Source of the DNA: Eledone cirrhosa | Lineage: Eukaryota | NCBI GenBank assembly: GCA_964016885.1 | Contig: OZ024740.1 | Span: 368,404,001-368,468,000, forward strand | Reading direction: 5' to 3' | Length of the DNA stretch: 64,000 nucleotides | Shown: positions 12,637 through 29,751 of the stretch, one piece after another | How the letters are laid out: every line of letters begins with the position of its first letter | How positions within the stretch are numbered: position 1 is the stretch's first letter | The notes under the pieces: generated by a model | Told to the model about the DNA's origin: nothing | Seen by the model: the letters and a program-made list of their open reading frames with translations, nothing else | The model's database searches: none | Translations under genes and position numbers: made by a program

Positions 12637-13329
12637 CCCCCCCCCCCATATCACCACCCCACCCGCGCCCCCATCCCATTTCCGTCCCCCCATCTCTCAT
12701 TATTACCCACTTTCCTCCCCTCTATCTCTCATTATTACCCTCTTTCCTCCCCTCCAGGTCTTATATATTGTGTTGTATGCCTCTGAGTAAAGTTCCGTGG
12801 CCGCACACACAAATTCACGTATATACCTGCTCATGTTTGCATACGCGCAGTTATGAACTGCTGCACGCACACGTTCATGATTTATTTATCTATTTAACTG
12901 TATATTTATTTATTTATTTATTTATTTATTTAGTTACTTTATTTACTTATTTATCCATTTATTTATTTATTTGTTTATTTATTTACTTATTTACTGGTTT
13001 ATTTGTTTATCTGTTTGTTTGTTTGTTTGTTTGTTTGTTAGTTAACTCATTCATTTATTTATTAATTTATGAGTGAATGATTAGGTAATGAATAAATAAG
13101 GGATAAAAGATGGGTAACGAATAGTGAATGGTAAATAGTAAGTAATAAATAATAAATAGTAATTAATTACTTGATGATAATATTAATAACTTAATAGTGA
13201 CATTAATTATTTATCCTCTATCAGGCCCAGTTTAAAATTTTAAATTTTAAAATTTAAAATTAAAATTTGTCCCACTACCTTTATACATGTGTCTATAGTA
13301 ATAGACACATGTATGAGTGCGAACGAGTG

Positions 13330-14490
<1,161 letters not shown>

Positions 14491-14941
14491 TGTATGTTGT
14501 TGTGAGTATGTAAATATATTTTTTCTTTCCATCCTACAAAAACACTCTGGCCACCTGTGGCTTGTATGTTAACTTGACCACTCACCCCAGTCTGTGCCAT
14601 GATTCAGTCTTGTTAAATGTTTAATTTCTATTACCATCCCACCTAAATTCCCCTACTATATATCTGTTGAATTACTATTCTTGGGGTTTTTATTTATTTA
14701 TTTTTATTTATTCTTTAATTTATTTTATCTATTTATTCTTTTATCTATTTAATCATTTATTTATTTATTTACTCATTTATTTATTTCAAAAAAGCACTCT
14801 GGTTAATTGACCACTCCCCAAAGAAAAAACGGCCTGTGCCATGAAGTGGTCCCGTGTATCTAAATAACCCCCCCCCCCCCTCCACCACCCCTCCCTTACC
14901 ACTACCTAAATGTATAAATACCAGAACTTAATATGACACCC

Positions 14942-14992
14942 AGCTTCCTGAAGATTTCATCTGAATGAAACAGTACTAGTCCTGTAGAAGCT
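14942..14992 (+). ncRNA. Complete type I hammerhead ribozyme in the pLTR
   Basis: AGCTTC-CTGAAGA-t-TTCA-tc-TGAA-t-GAA-ACAG-tactagtc-CTGT-A|GAAGCT; stems I-III pair; AATAAA ~10 nt downstream. Confidence 0.88.
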
Positions 14993-15914
14993 CCTTCTAT
15001 AAAATAAACAATTTTACTCTGCCATGTATTGAGTACCTTACTTACTGTGGTTATCCCCGACTCAACCCGGGACCTACGTATATATATATATATATATAAT
15101 ATATATATTATTTCCTCTCGTTTTGAGTTAATTCAATAATTCTCTATTGAGAATAGAATATAAATATTTTATGATGCACTAAAAACACATGTCTTTTTTG
15201 CGGTATTGTGGAATCTCTTTCAAAACTGTAATACCATATAACTAACAGAACACTAAAATCACACACAAATTTAAAGCTTCGGAATTGTTTTCGTCGGAAC
15301 TAATCGTTATGCCCCCGATAACGTTTACGGAGGAAGAAAGTAAAAAAAATAAATGTAAAGAAGAACGGGCACAACTCGTCCATTGCGAATCAGATGCGTT
15401 CGTTGTTATTAGTGTTTTATTGTCAAAGAGTATTGACAATAAGTGCGTAATAGCTCTTAGGATGTACAGTATGTTTTAAAAGATCAAATTGACATTTTGA
15501 ATCTATTTTCAAATCGATGTAAATACACCAGAATATTTACATAATCACATTAAGATTCTAGTTGTAAGCAATGCAGACAATCCGTGCATTAATATACTTA
15601 CACTGCTATACAAAAAGATGTATATTATTTGTATATCCCCATAAAAATGTACGTTGTACATATATAGATATACACTGGTCATACGCACACATACATACAC
15701 AATTACATATACACACGTACATTTACACACTTTCTCTCTCTCACACACACATATATACATGTACATCTATCTATCTATCCCCCCTTGTCTCTCTCTCTTT
15801 ATATATCACCTTGATCACCTTGACCGACCAGTCTGTCGGGCGTCATCCGGCGCCGCTGTTCACAGCCGTGCGGTTTTAGCCGTACGATGACGCCATCCCA
15901 CTGGTTGGTCGGGA

Positions 15915-16181
15915 AGGCCGTAAGTCTAAAGCCTGTCTTAGGCCAGAAGGCTCATTTGGCCGGTGCTTATCCCGGTTTCATGGCGTGAAGCGACTGAGAG
16001 TACAAGACTCCCCCTGGACAGGACGCCAGTCCATCGCAGGATTAAACCTCCAGGTATTGCTGGTACTCATTTTTAGCTGAGTAAACTGGAGCAACGTGAA
16101 ATAAAGTGTTTGCTCAAGGAAACAAGACATCACCCGGTCCGAGAATTGAACTCATAACCTTTCGATTGCAAGCCTACTGCT

Positions 16182-16187
<6 letters not shown>
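15915..16187 (-). mobile_element. tRNA-derived SINE with V-domain-like core
   Basis: Minus strand B-box-like gagttcaattctc, then ccttgagcaaacact, then ctgcgatggactggcgtcctgtccagggg. Confidence 0.8.
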
Positions 16188-16260
<73 letters not shown>

Positions 16261-16261
16261 C

Positions 16262-16640
16262 ATACAAGTTCCTGGTTGGGTTGTTGTTTCATTGAGGAAC
16301 TGGAATCATATGATTCCAGTGATTCCAGTTCCTCAATGAAACAACAACCCAACCAAGAACTAGGCATATCTGAGTATTGACAAAGTTATACACCTCAACA
16401 ACATGTAAACTCGTCTCTACCACACTAATTCGGACTGCCTGAAGAAGTCACAGCCAAAGATGGCTGTCACTGAAATATATATAGCAGTAATAAACGAAGC
16501 CAAATTTTAATCATTTGACTTATTTATTTTATTTTATTTTACATTACTCCGGAATAACCAAACCAACCTGCGCACTTCGTCGAGTGCTCCAATCTGCATA
16601 CTGAGGTGTTGGTACACAACCAACATATACCCAAAATGTA
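16262..16640 (+). mobile_element. Non-coding HHR cassette in a TA tract with a 5' fold-back hairpin (16267-16361)
   Basis: gttcctggttgggttgttgtttcattgaggaactggaatca pairs with tgattccagttcctcaatgaaacaacaacccaaccaagaac; HHR and AATAAA downstream. Confidence 0.75.
16434..16488 (+). ncRNA. Type I hammerhead ribozyme
   Basis: ACTGC-CTGAAGA-agt.ACAGCCA-aaga-TGGCTGT.act-GAAA-tatat-ATA|GCAGT-aataaa. Confidence 0.88.
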
Positions 16641-16856
16641 TGTATATATATATAGTATTAGTTATACTATTTATGGTTATGTAAATACAAAACCTTAAGC
16701 AGTTGTAAGTATTTTACACACACCCTAAATAGTGGTAGGCAGTATTGTATTACTACCTTATTACCAGTAAGTTAAGTAGCTCAATGTAAAAATATCAGAT
16801 GATTTACAGAGCAGTTATATGAAATATAAGAATCAAAGAACAGTTCAAAACATTAT

Positions 16857-16906
16857 TGTGCTTACAGCTGTTTCCTCCAAACCGAGGTTTGGATTCTTCG
16901 GAACAA
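16857..16906 (-). ncRNA. Hammerhead motif with one core substitution (CCGAAGA)
   Basis: Minus strand tgtt-CCGAAGA-a-TCCAAAC-ctcg-GTTTGGA-g-GAAAC-AGCT-GTA|agca; probably the 3' end of a decayed PLE at ~16700-17520. Confidence 0.72.
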
Positions 16907-17521
16907 TTTATTAATGCATGGACAGTTATATGACCTCCTTTTCAGCCGAGAGACATACCAATACATATTCAAACATTGATACATATTCAAACCTTATGGG
17001 TCAACATTCATTACAGAATTTGGAGTGGCAGTACACACTTCGAGATTACATTTATATTAATAGGTACAATCAAAAATCAAAAATATAGGTTAAAATACAA
17101 CATGAAGATAAGCGGTTATATAGTGCAAATGTTATATGTGTGGCACGCATGTGCGTCTTGTTTATATAGTGTGGCAGAGAGATATGTGTGGTAGAGGCAC
17201 TTAGGTAGGTAAATAAGAGTGTTAGGTTGGTAGATCTGGTGGCAAATTCTTTATATGATTGATATAGTCTGTGTGTGGAGAAATATTATAAGCATTAAAG
17301 ATAGTGCAAGCATTAAAAGTGTTATAAGTAATGGAGATGCACAGCGCAGGGATGTCAAGTATTTCATGTACTTCGGCATTTTCATGGTCAGGAGAGTGTA
17401 TTTTTCGATTATATGCCCTTCACATAATCCACGACAATTCAGTTAGAGATCGTAGTCTGCTGTTCTTTAGTTCGATACAGGAGGTTGTTACGTTTCTAGA
17501 AACGCCATTGAATACCGCCCG

Positions 17522-17595
<74 letters not shown>

Positions 17596-17809
17596 AACTA
17601 TTGTCATCTTGACTGACGGTTTGAACTTTACAACACCACCTGCCTCTTTCAGGTCAACTACCAAACCTACTACCATCTACAACTGACCAATGAGAATCAA
17701 GACTATTCCTGCTGACAACATTAAATTATTCCTAACAAGCTCATATGTCCCAAGGCTCTGATACCATCAATACTATAAACACAGAGCTGGCATATCTAAG
17801 AACTGACTA

Positions 17810-17865
17810 ACTGCCTGATGATGTCATAGCCATTCAGTGGCTATCATCGAAATATATATAGCAGT
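17810..17865 (+). ncRNA. Type I hammerhead ribozyme (relative of 16434) in a TA-flanked cassette at ~17592-17910
   Basis: ACTGC-CTGATGA-tgtc-ATAGCCA-ttcag-TGGCTAT-catc-GAAA-tatat-ATA|GCAGT-aaataaa; stem II covaries with the 16434 copy (ACAGCCA/TGGCTGT vs ATAGCCA/TGGCTAT). Confidence 0.88.
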
Positions 17866-18028
17866 AAATAAAGGATTATGAGTTCATGCAATTCACTTAT
17901 TTTTCGTCACTATATATATATATATATAATTCTGGGGCATGAGAGTGAGATCCATCATCTCGACAGTAGTAGACAAATGATGATAATGATGATATATATA
18001 TGGATATGGATATCAATGGACATGAAGA

Positions 18029-18080
<52 letters not shown>

Positions 18081-18106
18081 TCGTATATATACATATATAT
18101 ATACTC

Positions 18107-18147
<41 letters not shown>

Positions 18148-19409
18148 TATATATTACGTTGATTCTCATGTGAAACGAAAAAGGTTGCATAATCGATTCA
18201 TGATATCATTTTTCCAACTTAGAAGGGAAACCTTAATATGTGATATATTTAGGTGTTTATATATTTAATATGTAAATTTATAACATTTATTTGTTCAATG
18301 TTTAAGATCTAATTTTTAAATGATTTGTAATTCATTGCTTTCTTTTTTTTTTTCTTTTTGTCACATAAATGTGTAGCTATTTAATTATAGCAATCACTAT
18401 CTATATTTGATCCAAACCAAACATTTGTCATCTTAATTCATTATTCTAAATACGATATCGCAATAAACATTAAAGGGCCATTGTTAGATATTTAATAGAG
18501 AAAGTAAATTTCATATACAATTCATAGGATAATATCATCAGAATAATATATATTGTTTCGAATGCTATGTTATTTATTTGTTGTTTTCAATCAACAAGCG
18601 AACAACGTTTTATTTAGATATGCTCTTTTGAAATGCTCTTATCTTGTGATGTATATTCAATATATCAATAAAATGGCCTTACCCCACCGGAAAACATTTA
18701 ATATCGCATTTGTTTCGTAGTAATATATTTAAATCCAATAAGTATTTATCTGTAAGACATACATTTCTGATGCAATAATACTATGCGTATCTCGTCGTAT
18801 TTGTTGATTGAAACAAAATCAATTAGCTAAAATTAATTTGGATTTCAAAACTAAAGTGGTTTGCTAAGTCTCAACACAGCATTCACCAATTGACATTGCG
18901 GATTTAGACTAGGATATAATGACGAAGCGTACCAAATTATCGATAGGGTACATTTTGTAAATTCTGTATTTGTGTTATGTACATTATTTATTACGCCACT
19001 GACTGGAAGATTTCTTCATTGGAGGCGGTAATTATTTATGAAACCGTAACATATGGCAAAAATAATGTTATCTCAGATTACAGACATCATGCAATGCGGG
19101 AGTTTACATATGAAGAAATATTCTAAACCTATATGTAGGAGACATATTCTACTAACAGGTAGTCCAGCTTAAATGTCTTATTCCTTAGAATGGGATAAGA
19201 AATGAAATTTATTTTTAAAAAAAGACATATAACATTACACGATTCAATATTTTACACAAATATGGTCTGTTTAAATGATGAAATATTATCTCTTAAAGAA
19301 ATACGTGGATTTGTTAGAATAGCTGTAGTAACGTTTAATTCTATAATGAACTTTTAATCCAAAAATTGTTCAATTTAATGTCTTTAACTAATAAGTAATT
19401 GCCGTATGT

Positions 19410-20195
19410 CTTCTTATTCTCCCACTTATTCCTGAGAAGGCCGTGAAGACAGAGTCCTCAAACACTCCTAACAGCGGAGACAGTCAGAAGCATCCGTCTC
19501 CAACTGATCCGGCTTGAGCACCAGGCGAGACCAGCCAAACTCATGAATGTTATCCAGCCATCTTGCTCGCGGTTTAGGTTTGAGTCTCTTGTCGGTTGGT
19601 TTTGCTCAGAAAATCAGTCCAGTGCTTCTTTCCTGATATATTCTAAACACATGTCCATAGTATCGGAGCTCTGATCCCTGAATTCGAAGAATTAGCGGCT
19701 TTACCTTGAGTGAATCACTGATCTCTGAGCTACTTACTCTATCGAGTAATGTTATTCCAAAGACTCTCCGGAGGGACCCCATTGTGGCTACTTTTATACA
19801 CGATCGTATTCTTTCAATCATGACACAAGATCCATGACCATAGTTAAGGGTTGGCCCGAATACTGAATTGAAGATAGCGAGTTGGCCTTTACACTTACAT
19901 CCCTTCTGGTTACCGAATGCTGCAATTATTGCACTTAATTAAGCCTCCTGCATTCCCTTACTCTTGAATTACGGGTCCGAGATGATTGAACTTCTCCACT
20001 TGCTTCAGTGGTAACCCATTCACATGTAGAGTGCACTGTGCAGGCATCCTTGAGAGGACGCGTATCTCAGTATTCGCAGCACTGATTTGCATTCCAACCA
20101 TGCAGCACTCGGCATCACACCTATCAATTGGCTGTCGGAGATCACCTTCTGTCAAGATAAATAACACATTCCAACCTACTGATTTCACACCCGCC
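19410..20195 (-). mobile_element. RTE-type LINE 3' RT fragment, decayed
   Basis: GMQISAANTE, LHVNGLPLKQVEKFNHLG, MGSLRRVFGITLLDRVSSSEI, LRYYGHV. Confidence 0.85.
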
Positions 20196-20264
20196 AGTCG
20201 ATACACCGCCTACAATCCTGCTGCGCATTTCAGTCCTCTTCATGAAAATAATTGTTTCTATTTT

Positions 20265-20438
20265 TGGCACAAGGCCAGCAATTACCCAGTGCATTACGGG
20301 TACTTTATTTTATCGACCCCGTAAGGATGAAAAGCAAAGTTAACCTCGGTGGGATTTGAACTCAGATCATAAAGGCACGTAACTATGCTTCAAAGCATGG
20401 TGTCCGACTCTCTACCGATACTGCCAATCCACCGCCCA
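20265..20438 (-). mobile_element. Near full-length tRNA-derived SINE (MetaSINE-like)
   Basis: Minus strand ggcggattggcagtatcggtag (A-box-like)...gagttcaaatccc (B-box)...gcttttcatccttacggggtcgataaa. Confidence 0.85.
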
Positions 20439-22621
20439 AAATAATGAGCATTAGATGTTTGTTATACATACAACACGCACACTTGGCAGTGTCTAACTCC
20501 TACATTAAATAGTTTCGATTTAGCATAATTTATCCTAACACATACACTCAAACATCGGTGCAACAAGCAGCTGACAATTTTAAATTAACAAAAACATAAA
20601 ATATTCATGAATAAGTATTAACGGAAAAGCAACATATTGTAACTATAAGAATAAATCTTTTATCGTATACAACAGGACAACTATATTTGTTACGGGTAAA
20701 CAGATATTTAAATATATTGGGATAACTGGTGTTTAACAATTAAGCATGGCCTGAATAAATTACTATTGAAAGTATGTATAACTTTAATATTTTCATGATT
20801 GCACTGAAACGTAAAGGGGTACGGTGGGAGCTAAACAGAATATTCCTTGAAGTGTTCAAATTGTAATGACTCAAGAATACAAATAGTTTATCATATGCAA
20901 AAAGAAAGAACAAAGGGAGCTGAGGCATCGTGGCGAAATAACAGTTAATTGATCCCGGGAATCGATTATTAAAAGTGACACGTGTAAATACTATAAATTT
21001 AATTTTAATAGAATGCAAATGAAAACGGAATCTTCAGACATTTCAAAAATGAATGACCGAATAAGAGAAATTTGAATTGAAAAATAAACATTTCATAATA
21101 TAACAAATGTTTGAGAGAAGTGACATAACCAGTGAGTTACGGTTTTGAGAAAAGGATCAAAATAATATAGGTTTAATTCCATTAGGAAATAAAAGGTATT
21201 AAGAAGGAGTGATATATATGAACGCAATAATAATAATGGAAATCATTTGGAGATAGGAAAGACAGACAGATACAGGGATAGGTAGAGAGAGAAAATGATT
21301 TGAAAAAATATTGGCTTATAAAGACACAAGTGAAACTGAAAGATTAAACTGGTATCAAGGAGTGAAACTGAGAAGGTGAAAATATATTTTTATAATGACA
21401 TATATACACTAATAGAGGGTATGCAAATCACAAGTAAAAGAAAATGCCTACTTTTACTTGATTGTTGACAGCACATGAAGATTCAATTTGTAAGTTTATG
21501 CATAACAATGCCAAAGTTGAAACGTTCACGAAGTATTAAATTTGATATGAACATTTTCCGACAGCGTAAAGATTATCGAATATATTTATTGAATACTTAC
21601 CGATGAAGTTTTGTAGCGAAACAGACATGTTTAATGTTACAGGAAGATAGAGAATAGCGTGCAAACTTTTTTCAGAACATGCGTGCCCGATGAGAAGAAG
21701 GTAGGAATGTTATTCTCAGATCTAAGATCTCGTTTACATGCCTGCAACTGATTAGACTGTGTTCAGAATGATATTCTTAAATTATGCGACCGATATATTT
21801 AAAGTCCAAGAGAAAGAGTAGTCTATCCAAAGGCTTTCATGCCGCACCAGTAATACAATCTTCGTAGAAAATATCGGTCTAACCCAGGATATGGTAGAGA
21901 AAATTAGCCTAAATGGATTCCATTAGTTAAAGAGAATCCAAGTAATAGCAACAAAAATCTCGTATAAAGAACGACTATGCACGAGTAATATTTTCTTATA
22001 TTTTATACTAATTAACGTGATACATATATATATAGATTAAGTTAAAGAAAAATAGGAATATATTAAAGTAGCCCCAAACAGTAACATGAATTTATTTCAT
22101 AAAATAAACTAATCACAAGAAAAGTTCATTAATCCATTTATAACGCAATGTCGTTGAGTAAAATTCAATATGACCCAACCGACTATATCTTCAGTTATTT
22201 CAATGCACATTATACGCAGATTCCTATATTGAAGCGATACAAAATGAAAGCGACAGTTTGCATAAGTTGTGTTTATTGAGAATTTGAAATAAAATCTCCA
22301 AATTATATTTTTAATGAATATTGAAATGAGCCTCATGTGTGCAATGATCTGAAAATCAATAATTTGGCACGCAATTTCAAGGATCCATTGAATGATATTT
22401 CCATTAGGTTTGGAAATTAATAATATTGGAGAATAAAGAATAACTCAAATTTGATTGTACAGCAGATATAATATCTGTGTTATATTTGATGGTGATGTGT
22501 TGACAGCTCAAGGCCATTCTTAACACAAACACCCATAAGAGAATTGAAGAGATCAGATACAATAACAAAATCAATTATTGATATCTGTCCCTGATTCCTT
22601 TACACCAAGTGTATTTATGTT

Positions 22622-24689
<2,068 letters not shown>

Positions 24690-24710
24690 GTGAAAGATTG
24701 AAGGATAACA

Positions 24711-25292
24711 TGGTCGGCTGTACAACAATGGGCTTTTTTTAAAGTATTAACAATGTTTCATTGATCAGGTGAGTTTAGAGGCCGCTAATCACTCTTTATT
24801 ATTTTTTTCTTTTATCTGTCATTTGTTACTACCTCCTATTCGCTACACGTATCTATGTATGTATCGAATACTGCTTTTCATGTTAGTACTACCTCCATCC
24901 TACATCCTTATACAGACAGTTACTCACCACCACCACTATTATCAACTATCGTATTCTGTACTTATATACTTTTACTTATTTATTATTTTCTTTATTATAA
25001 TTTTTTTTTATTTTCTTACTTTTTAATTTTCTTACTTTTTACATCTGTAACTTCTTTACCTATTTATCATATTTTATTATTGATGTTATTGTTTTGATTC
25101 TACGCTGTATCTTTGTATATACATGTCATGCCATATGTGAGTTCTTTCGTATTCATATGATTTGATTAGAGGTAAACACTGTATTGAAGGTAGAGTGACG
25201 CAACTTCGAGCGATTAGCGACATCTAGACTCACCTGATCAATGGAACAATTGTTAATACTAGAAATTAAGCCCCTTGTTGTATAGCCGACCA
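24711..25292. repeat. Diverged inverted repeat (arms ~24711-24795 and ~25208-25292)
   Basis: tggtcggctgtacaacaa...ttgatcaggtgagtttaga pairs with tctagactcacctgatcaa...ttgttgtatagccgacca. Confidence 0.8.
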
Positions 25293-25479
25293 ATATATTA
25301 GTTTAACGCTGATGGACCTGTGGTAGACAGGCGAGCGCGGGACATTTTACAGAACAGGTCAGCAGCTACACACTTTTCAACAGTGGTAAAGGGAAGTTCT
25401 ATAAGAAATAGAGGTCATCATGTGGGACCCCATTTGCTCACCATACAGGGAGATCTGGAGGGCGAGAGAGATGGAGACG

Positions 25480-26520
25480 ATGACTGGGAGTCGGCTCTTC
25501 CACGTTCGGACCATATCCTTGTGGTTGTGTTCATTACGCAGTTAATGAGTTTGATTATGTATAGACATAGCTGACCAGTTAAAATGATATAGAAAGAGAT
25601 TACTGTGGCTTTCGTATTGGAAACGAATCTTGTATCGTGGCTGGAAGAACTAACTCGTGGAATTAATGAGTGACTTATGTATGAGTGTCTTCCATTAGAG
25701 AATAATAGAAATTCAACCCTTGCTGACATTTATGCTCCCATTATGTCTGCTCACGAAGAAGAACGTATTTCATTCTCATAACTCCGAAAGAGTTTCGTCG
25801 AAAGGCTTTTAGAACTGACATACTTATCATGCTTCGGGACTTAAATGTATGGGTGGGTACATATTCCGAACATGGGACGATCGAGGCAAACGGGATATGG
25901 CCAGATGCAATATCAATGGGATGCGTCTGCTTCAAATATGCGCGGAATTTGATCTATGTTATACGATACTAAGTTCTAAATGAATGCAACGTGGCTCCAA
26001 GCATTGGCATAATACGTAGCAGGTATTACACTCAGAATGTGTGCAACATTTGTCTGATATGTGGGAATGAATCCGTGATTGGTGGAAAACTGGTCAGGGG
26101 AAGAATTAATTTCCTTATAAAGAAAAGAGTTAGTTTCAAGAGTGCAATACTCCAAAAGGAACTGGATGTTATCCACCTGAAATACCCTAATATTTGCCCA
26201 GAACCTGGATTATATGGTATGTGAAAATAACAGGAAATGTGTGAAAAAGTCAGAAAATAACTATACAATTATGCTTGGTTTTGCAAACCGCATGCATTAG
26301 GACTGGATTCACGAAAATGAAAAAGATATTTAAGTCACTATCGTTAAACATTGTCAAATCTTGAGACCGGAAACGGATGAGGACCGACAAGAGATATGGT
26401 GGAGTACCAAGGCTAACGAAATTCAGTCTGCCTCCCATATTAATAGCATCAAATTCTTGCACAATTCCCTTCATTAGGTCTATAAGATTTCATCCTTCAT
26501 CTGTTGCGCCATTTCATATG
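25480..26520 (+). mobile_element. Decayed RTE-type LINE fragment with AP-endonuclease region
   Basis: Across frames: GINE*LM, IYAP, TDILIMLRDLNVWVG (GDFNARVG-like), CNINGMRLLQICAEFDL, PSIG/SKHW region, WWSTKANEIQ. Confidence 0.72.
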
Positions 26521-26564
26521 TTTAAATTAAACTGATCGCTATATTCTAATACGAAGAGGCTGTA

Positions 26565-26611
<47 letters not shown>

Positions 26612-28219
26612 CGTTGGCTGAAAGTCAGTTCGGAGTTTTAATAAAAAATAAGTCACTGGTTTTAAAGATAATGTGATTCATTCAATCAATGGCATAAATA
26701 CCGTTTTGTTCTAATATCTTCTGCTTCACGCCTGTTTAGCAAATCAGAGGTGGAAATCCGTTGAGTGAATTTAGACATATTCCATTGATTTGGGACCCGA
26801 TTCTGAAGTCTGATGACGTGAAAAATGTGATGCACATGATTATCAACACTCAGCCTGAGTTCATATAAAAGGGATTGTTGTCAATCAATGTGTTCATTTA
26901 TCACTTTTAATCTAATTTGGCCGGCCAGAGCGAGGTACATATTTAACCGAAAAAATTCGCGAACGGCATCTTGACTTCATGTTTGGCACACACGTTCCGA
27001 AACATCATCTCCGTATAACCATGTATTTATCCTACAGATTTGTACCACTTTCTTGCATTTTTTTAAACAAAAAAAGGAGGTTGTGCATTTTCGTTTTCCA
27101 ATTCCATTGTGATATAAATTACACAAAATGTATTCTCGTTGCAAGACTGAAATATCAAGTATCCAAATAGTGTGCATGCGCAAATGGTACATAGATGATA
27201 CGTACAATTGGTACAAACTTATCACCTGTCGATAGACGTTGGCATTACTTAAAGAGAGAAAATCATGCGTCACGAATACAAATTTCATACACCTATGATG
27301 ACGATCTCTAAAATAATTTAGAACGTGGTATTGTGCCAAATTTTAATTCTCAGGTAATATAAACATCACATACAGAAGAGGACTTGGATACACGCATTCA
27401 CATAATATTGTAGCACTTATACCATATTTGATATGTCTGTTTAATTAAGTATGTGATGTTTCGGATGAATTTGGGTGAGCTCATAATATCTATATACGAG
27501 CTGGACTCTTACACAATATATATTATATTTCAACAGCTTTTCAGTAGACTGGATACAAAACTATTACTTTTATTTTGAAAACTGGCAATATAGAACCTCC
27601 GATTTGAACAATCCTACACAGAAAAATAAGTACCATGTCTGTATAAAACTAAAATGAATCACATACATCAGAGTAAAAGCAGACGTCATATGATATCTTA
27701 CAAAATAAGAGTACTATCATCTTGAAAGTAATTTTACTGATTCAAGAAATTATGCCAATGGCATCTTTAATAATCTTGTTTTACCATCAAAGCTTTCACT
27801 ACATTTATGATTAATCGAGAAATTGTTTAAAGTTCCCCACATTATATTATCTGTAATAAATAATGAAACTTTCAAAATGCTCTTTAGATCGTTTTGGAAT
27901 TTTATTATTTTAGCGATATGATTCGTTTAAAGTTTACACATTTAGCCTTAAAGGCGATATAACACATTATATTAAAGTATATTCCCTCTATTCCTGTGGT
28001 TTCAATGACAAACCATTATACAATAGGCATAGACAAGTGTATCAATATACTATATTCGGAGAGTAGTTTTGTGCTTTCATCAAACTATCTTCGCATATTT
28101 ATGCACACACACACCGAAACCCGTAATATAAACATGATTGTGTGTCTGTGGGGGTGAGCCTATGCATGTAAGTATATATATATATATATACATAAATATA
28201 TATATATATATATATATAT

Positions 28220-28405
28220 AACGAAGGAAATGTGGTAAGGAACCAAGTGGACCATAACGCACCAAAGTACTCAATACTTAGGCTAGTAGAGTGGGTAATA
28301 GGAACGAGTAGGACCCCGACGGCTGAGCTCAAGCCGTCTCGACGGCTAATTCTCTAGAGAATTAGCCGTCGAAACGGCTTGAGCTCAGCCGTCGGGGTCC
28401 TACTC

Positions 28406-28410
<5 letters not shown>
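28220..28410. mobile_element. TA-embedded fold-back element, family H, copy B
   Basis: Hairpin centred on tctctagaga (28351-28360); same unpaired 5' extension as 7717. Confidence 0.88.
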
Positions 28411-28478
<68 letters not shown>

Positions 28479-29693
28479 ATATTGTCCAATATTTACTCCA
28501 AATCCATCTCTTCCCGGCTATCACTCCTCCTACGCATGCAATCACACTATATTATATAGTTCAGCTGTATGAGGTCGTAACGGATGTTAGATGTTTTCCC
28601 TTCGGCCAAACCCATGAAATAAAAGAGAACCACCATTATGTCAGCCACTGGCTACTTTCTCTACAACTTGTGAGTAATTCTATATGTGGATGTGTCAGAA
28701 TTTTTACGCAGAATTTCATATACGTCGGAATATCCCACTGCGTTAATCAGCTCATGCTCATTTAGATTAACACCTATAATTTCTCATCATCTGGGTTTAT
28801 TATGGTCTAACGTACAACGCTTCACAGTGCGGTACAGATAAATAAACAAATGAATACAAATAAGCACACACATGACGACGCGATGCATACAACTATTATC
28901 TCCCTATCAAAACTTTCTAATATATAAAATACAATCAGAACAATATTTCCTCAAAACGCCTGTCTGAATACATACGTGCTTTTTCTCAAACATGCCGTGT
29001 TTTCGTTTAATCACCCTCCTCTCTCTTTTTATTATTTTATTTCTCATTCTATATTCTAAAGCTGGACCAGCGTTCAAACGTTGGGATTTTTTCCCTAATA
29101 TATCAAGCGTTAAACTAATATGTATCTTCATTTTGAGGTATTGTTTACTCTATTGTTCTCAGTTAAATTTTAACACACACACACACACGCGCGCACACAT
29201 GTATGTATATATATATATATATATAATATGCGCGTGTGCGTGTGTGGGTGTGTGTGTGTGTGGCGCGTCAGCTCACTGTGATCGGGCTGGCTTCCAGGGG
29301 ACAATCTGACACCAATACTCCCTAGATCTAATGCATATTCTCTTTTAATCTGAACTAGGCTTCACACAAATCTAGATACCGCAAACTACAACGAAGTACT
29401 CTAACACACTTATGAATAAACAACACATACAAACGGTCGCATGACACGCACACATCAGCATATACACACAGTTAATGTTGTTATTTGACGACTCTAACCA
29501 ACTTTCTTTCATTGCAAAATTAGCTTCGACCTACGTTACATGTCCTTTTAACAATGTTATTTTTTTCTCTATCTTGAATCTGTATCTCCTGACAAAGGGC
29601 TAAAACCTTTGAACATTTTTCAGATGATCCAGATTAAAGCGTAAACATTAATTATTTTGTATATGCGTGATTGTCTCGTTTTGATATAAGTAT

Positions 29694-29751
<58 letters not shown>

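Noticed and set aside
26610-26980. Possible mariner TIR (cgttggctgaaagtc) and transposase remnant
   Set aside because: Weak similarity only; I could not confirm a matching second TIR or clear motifs.
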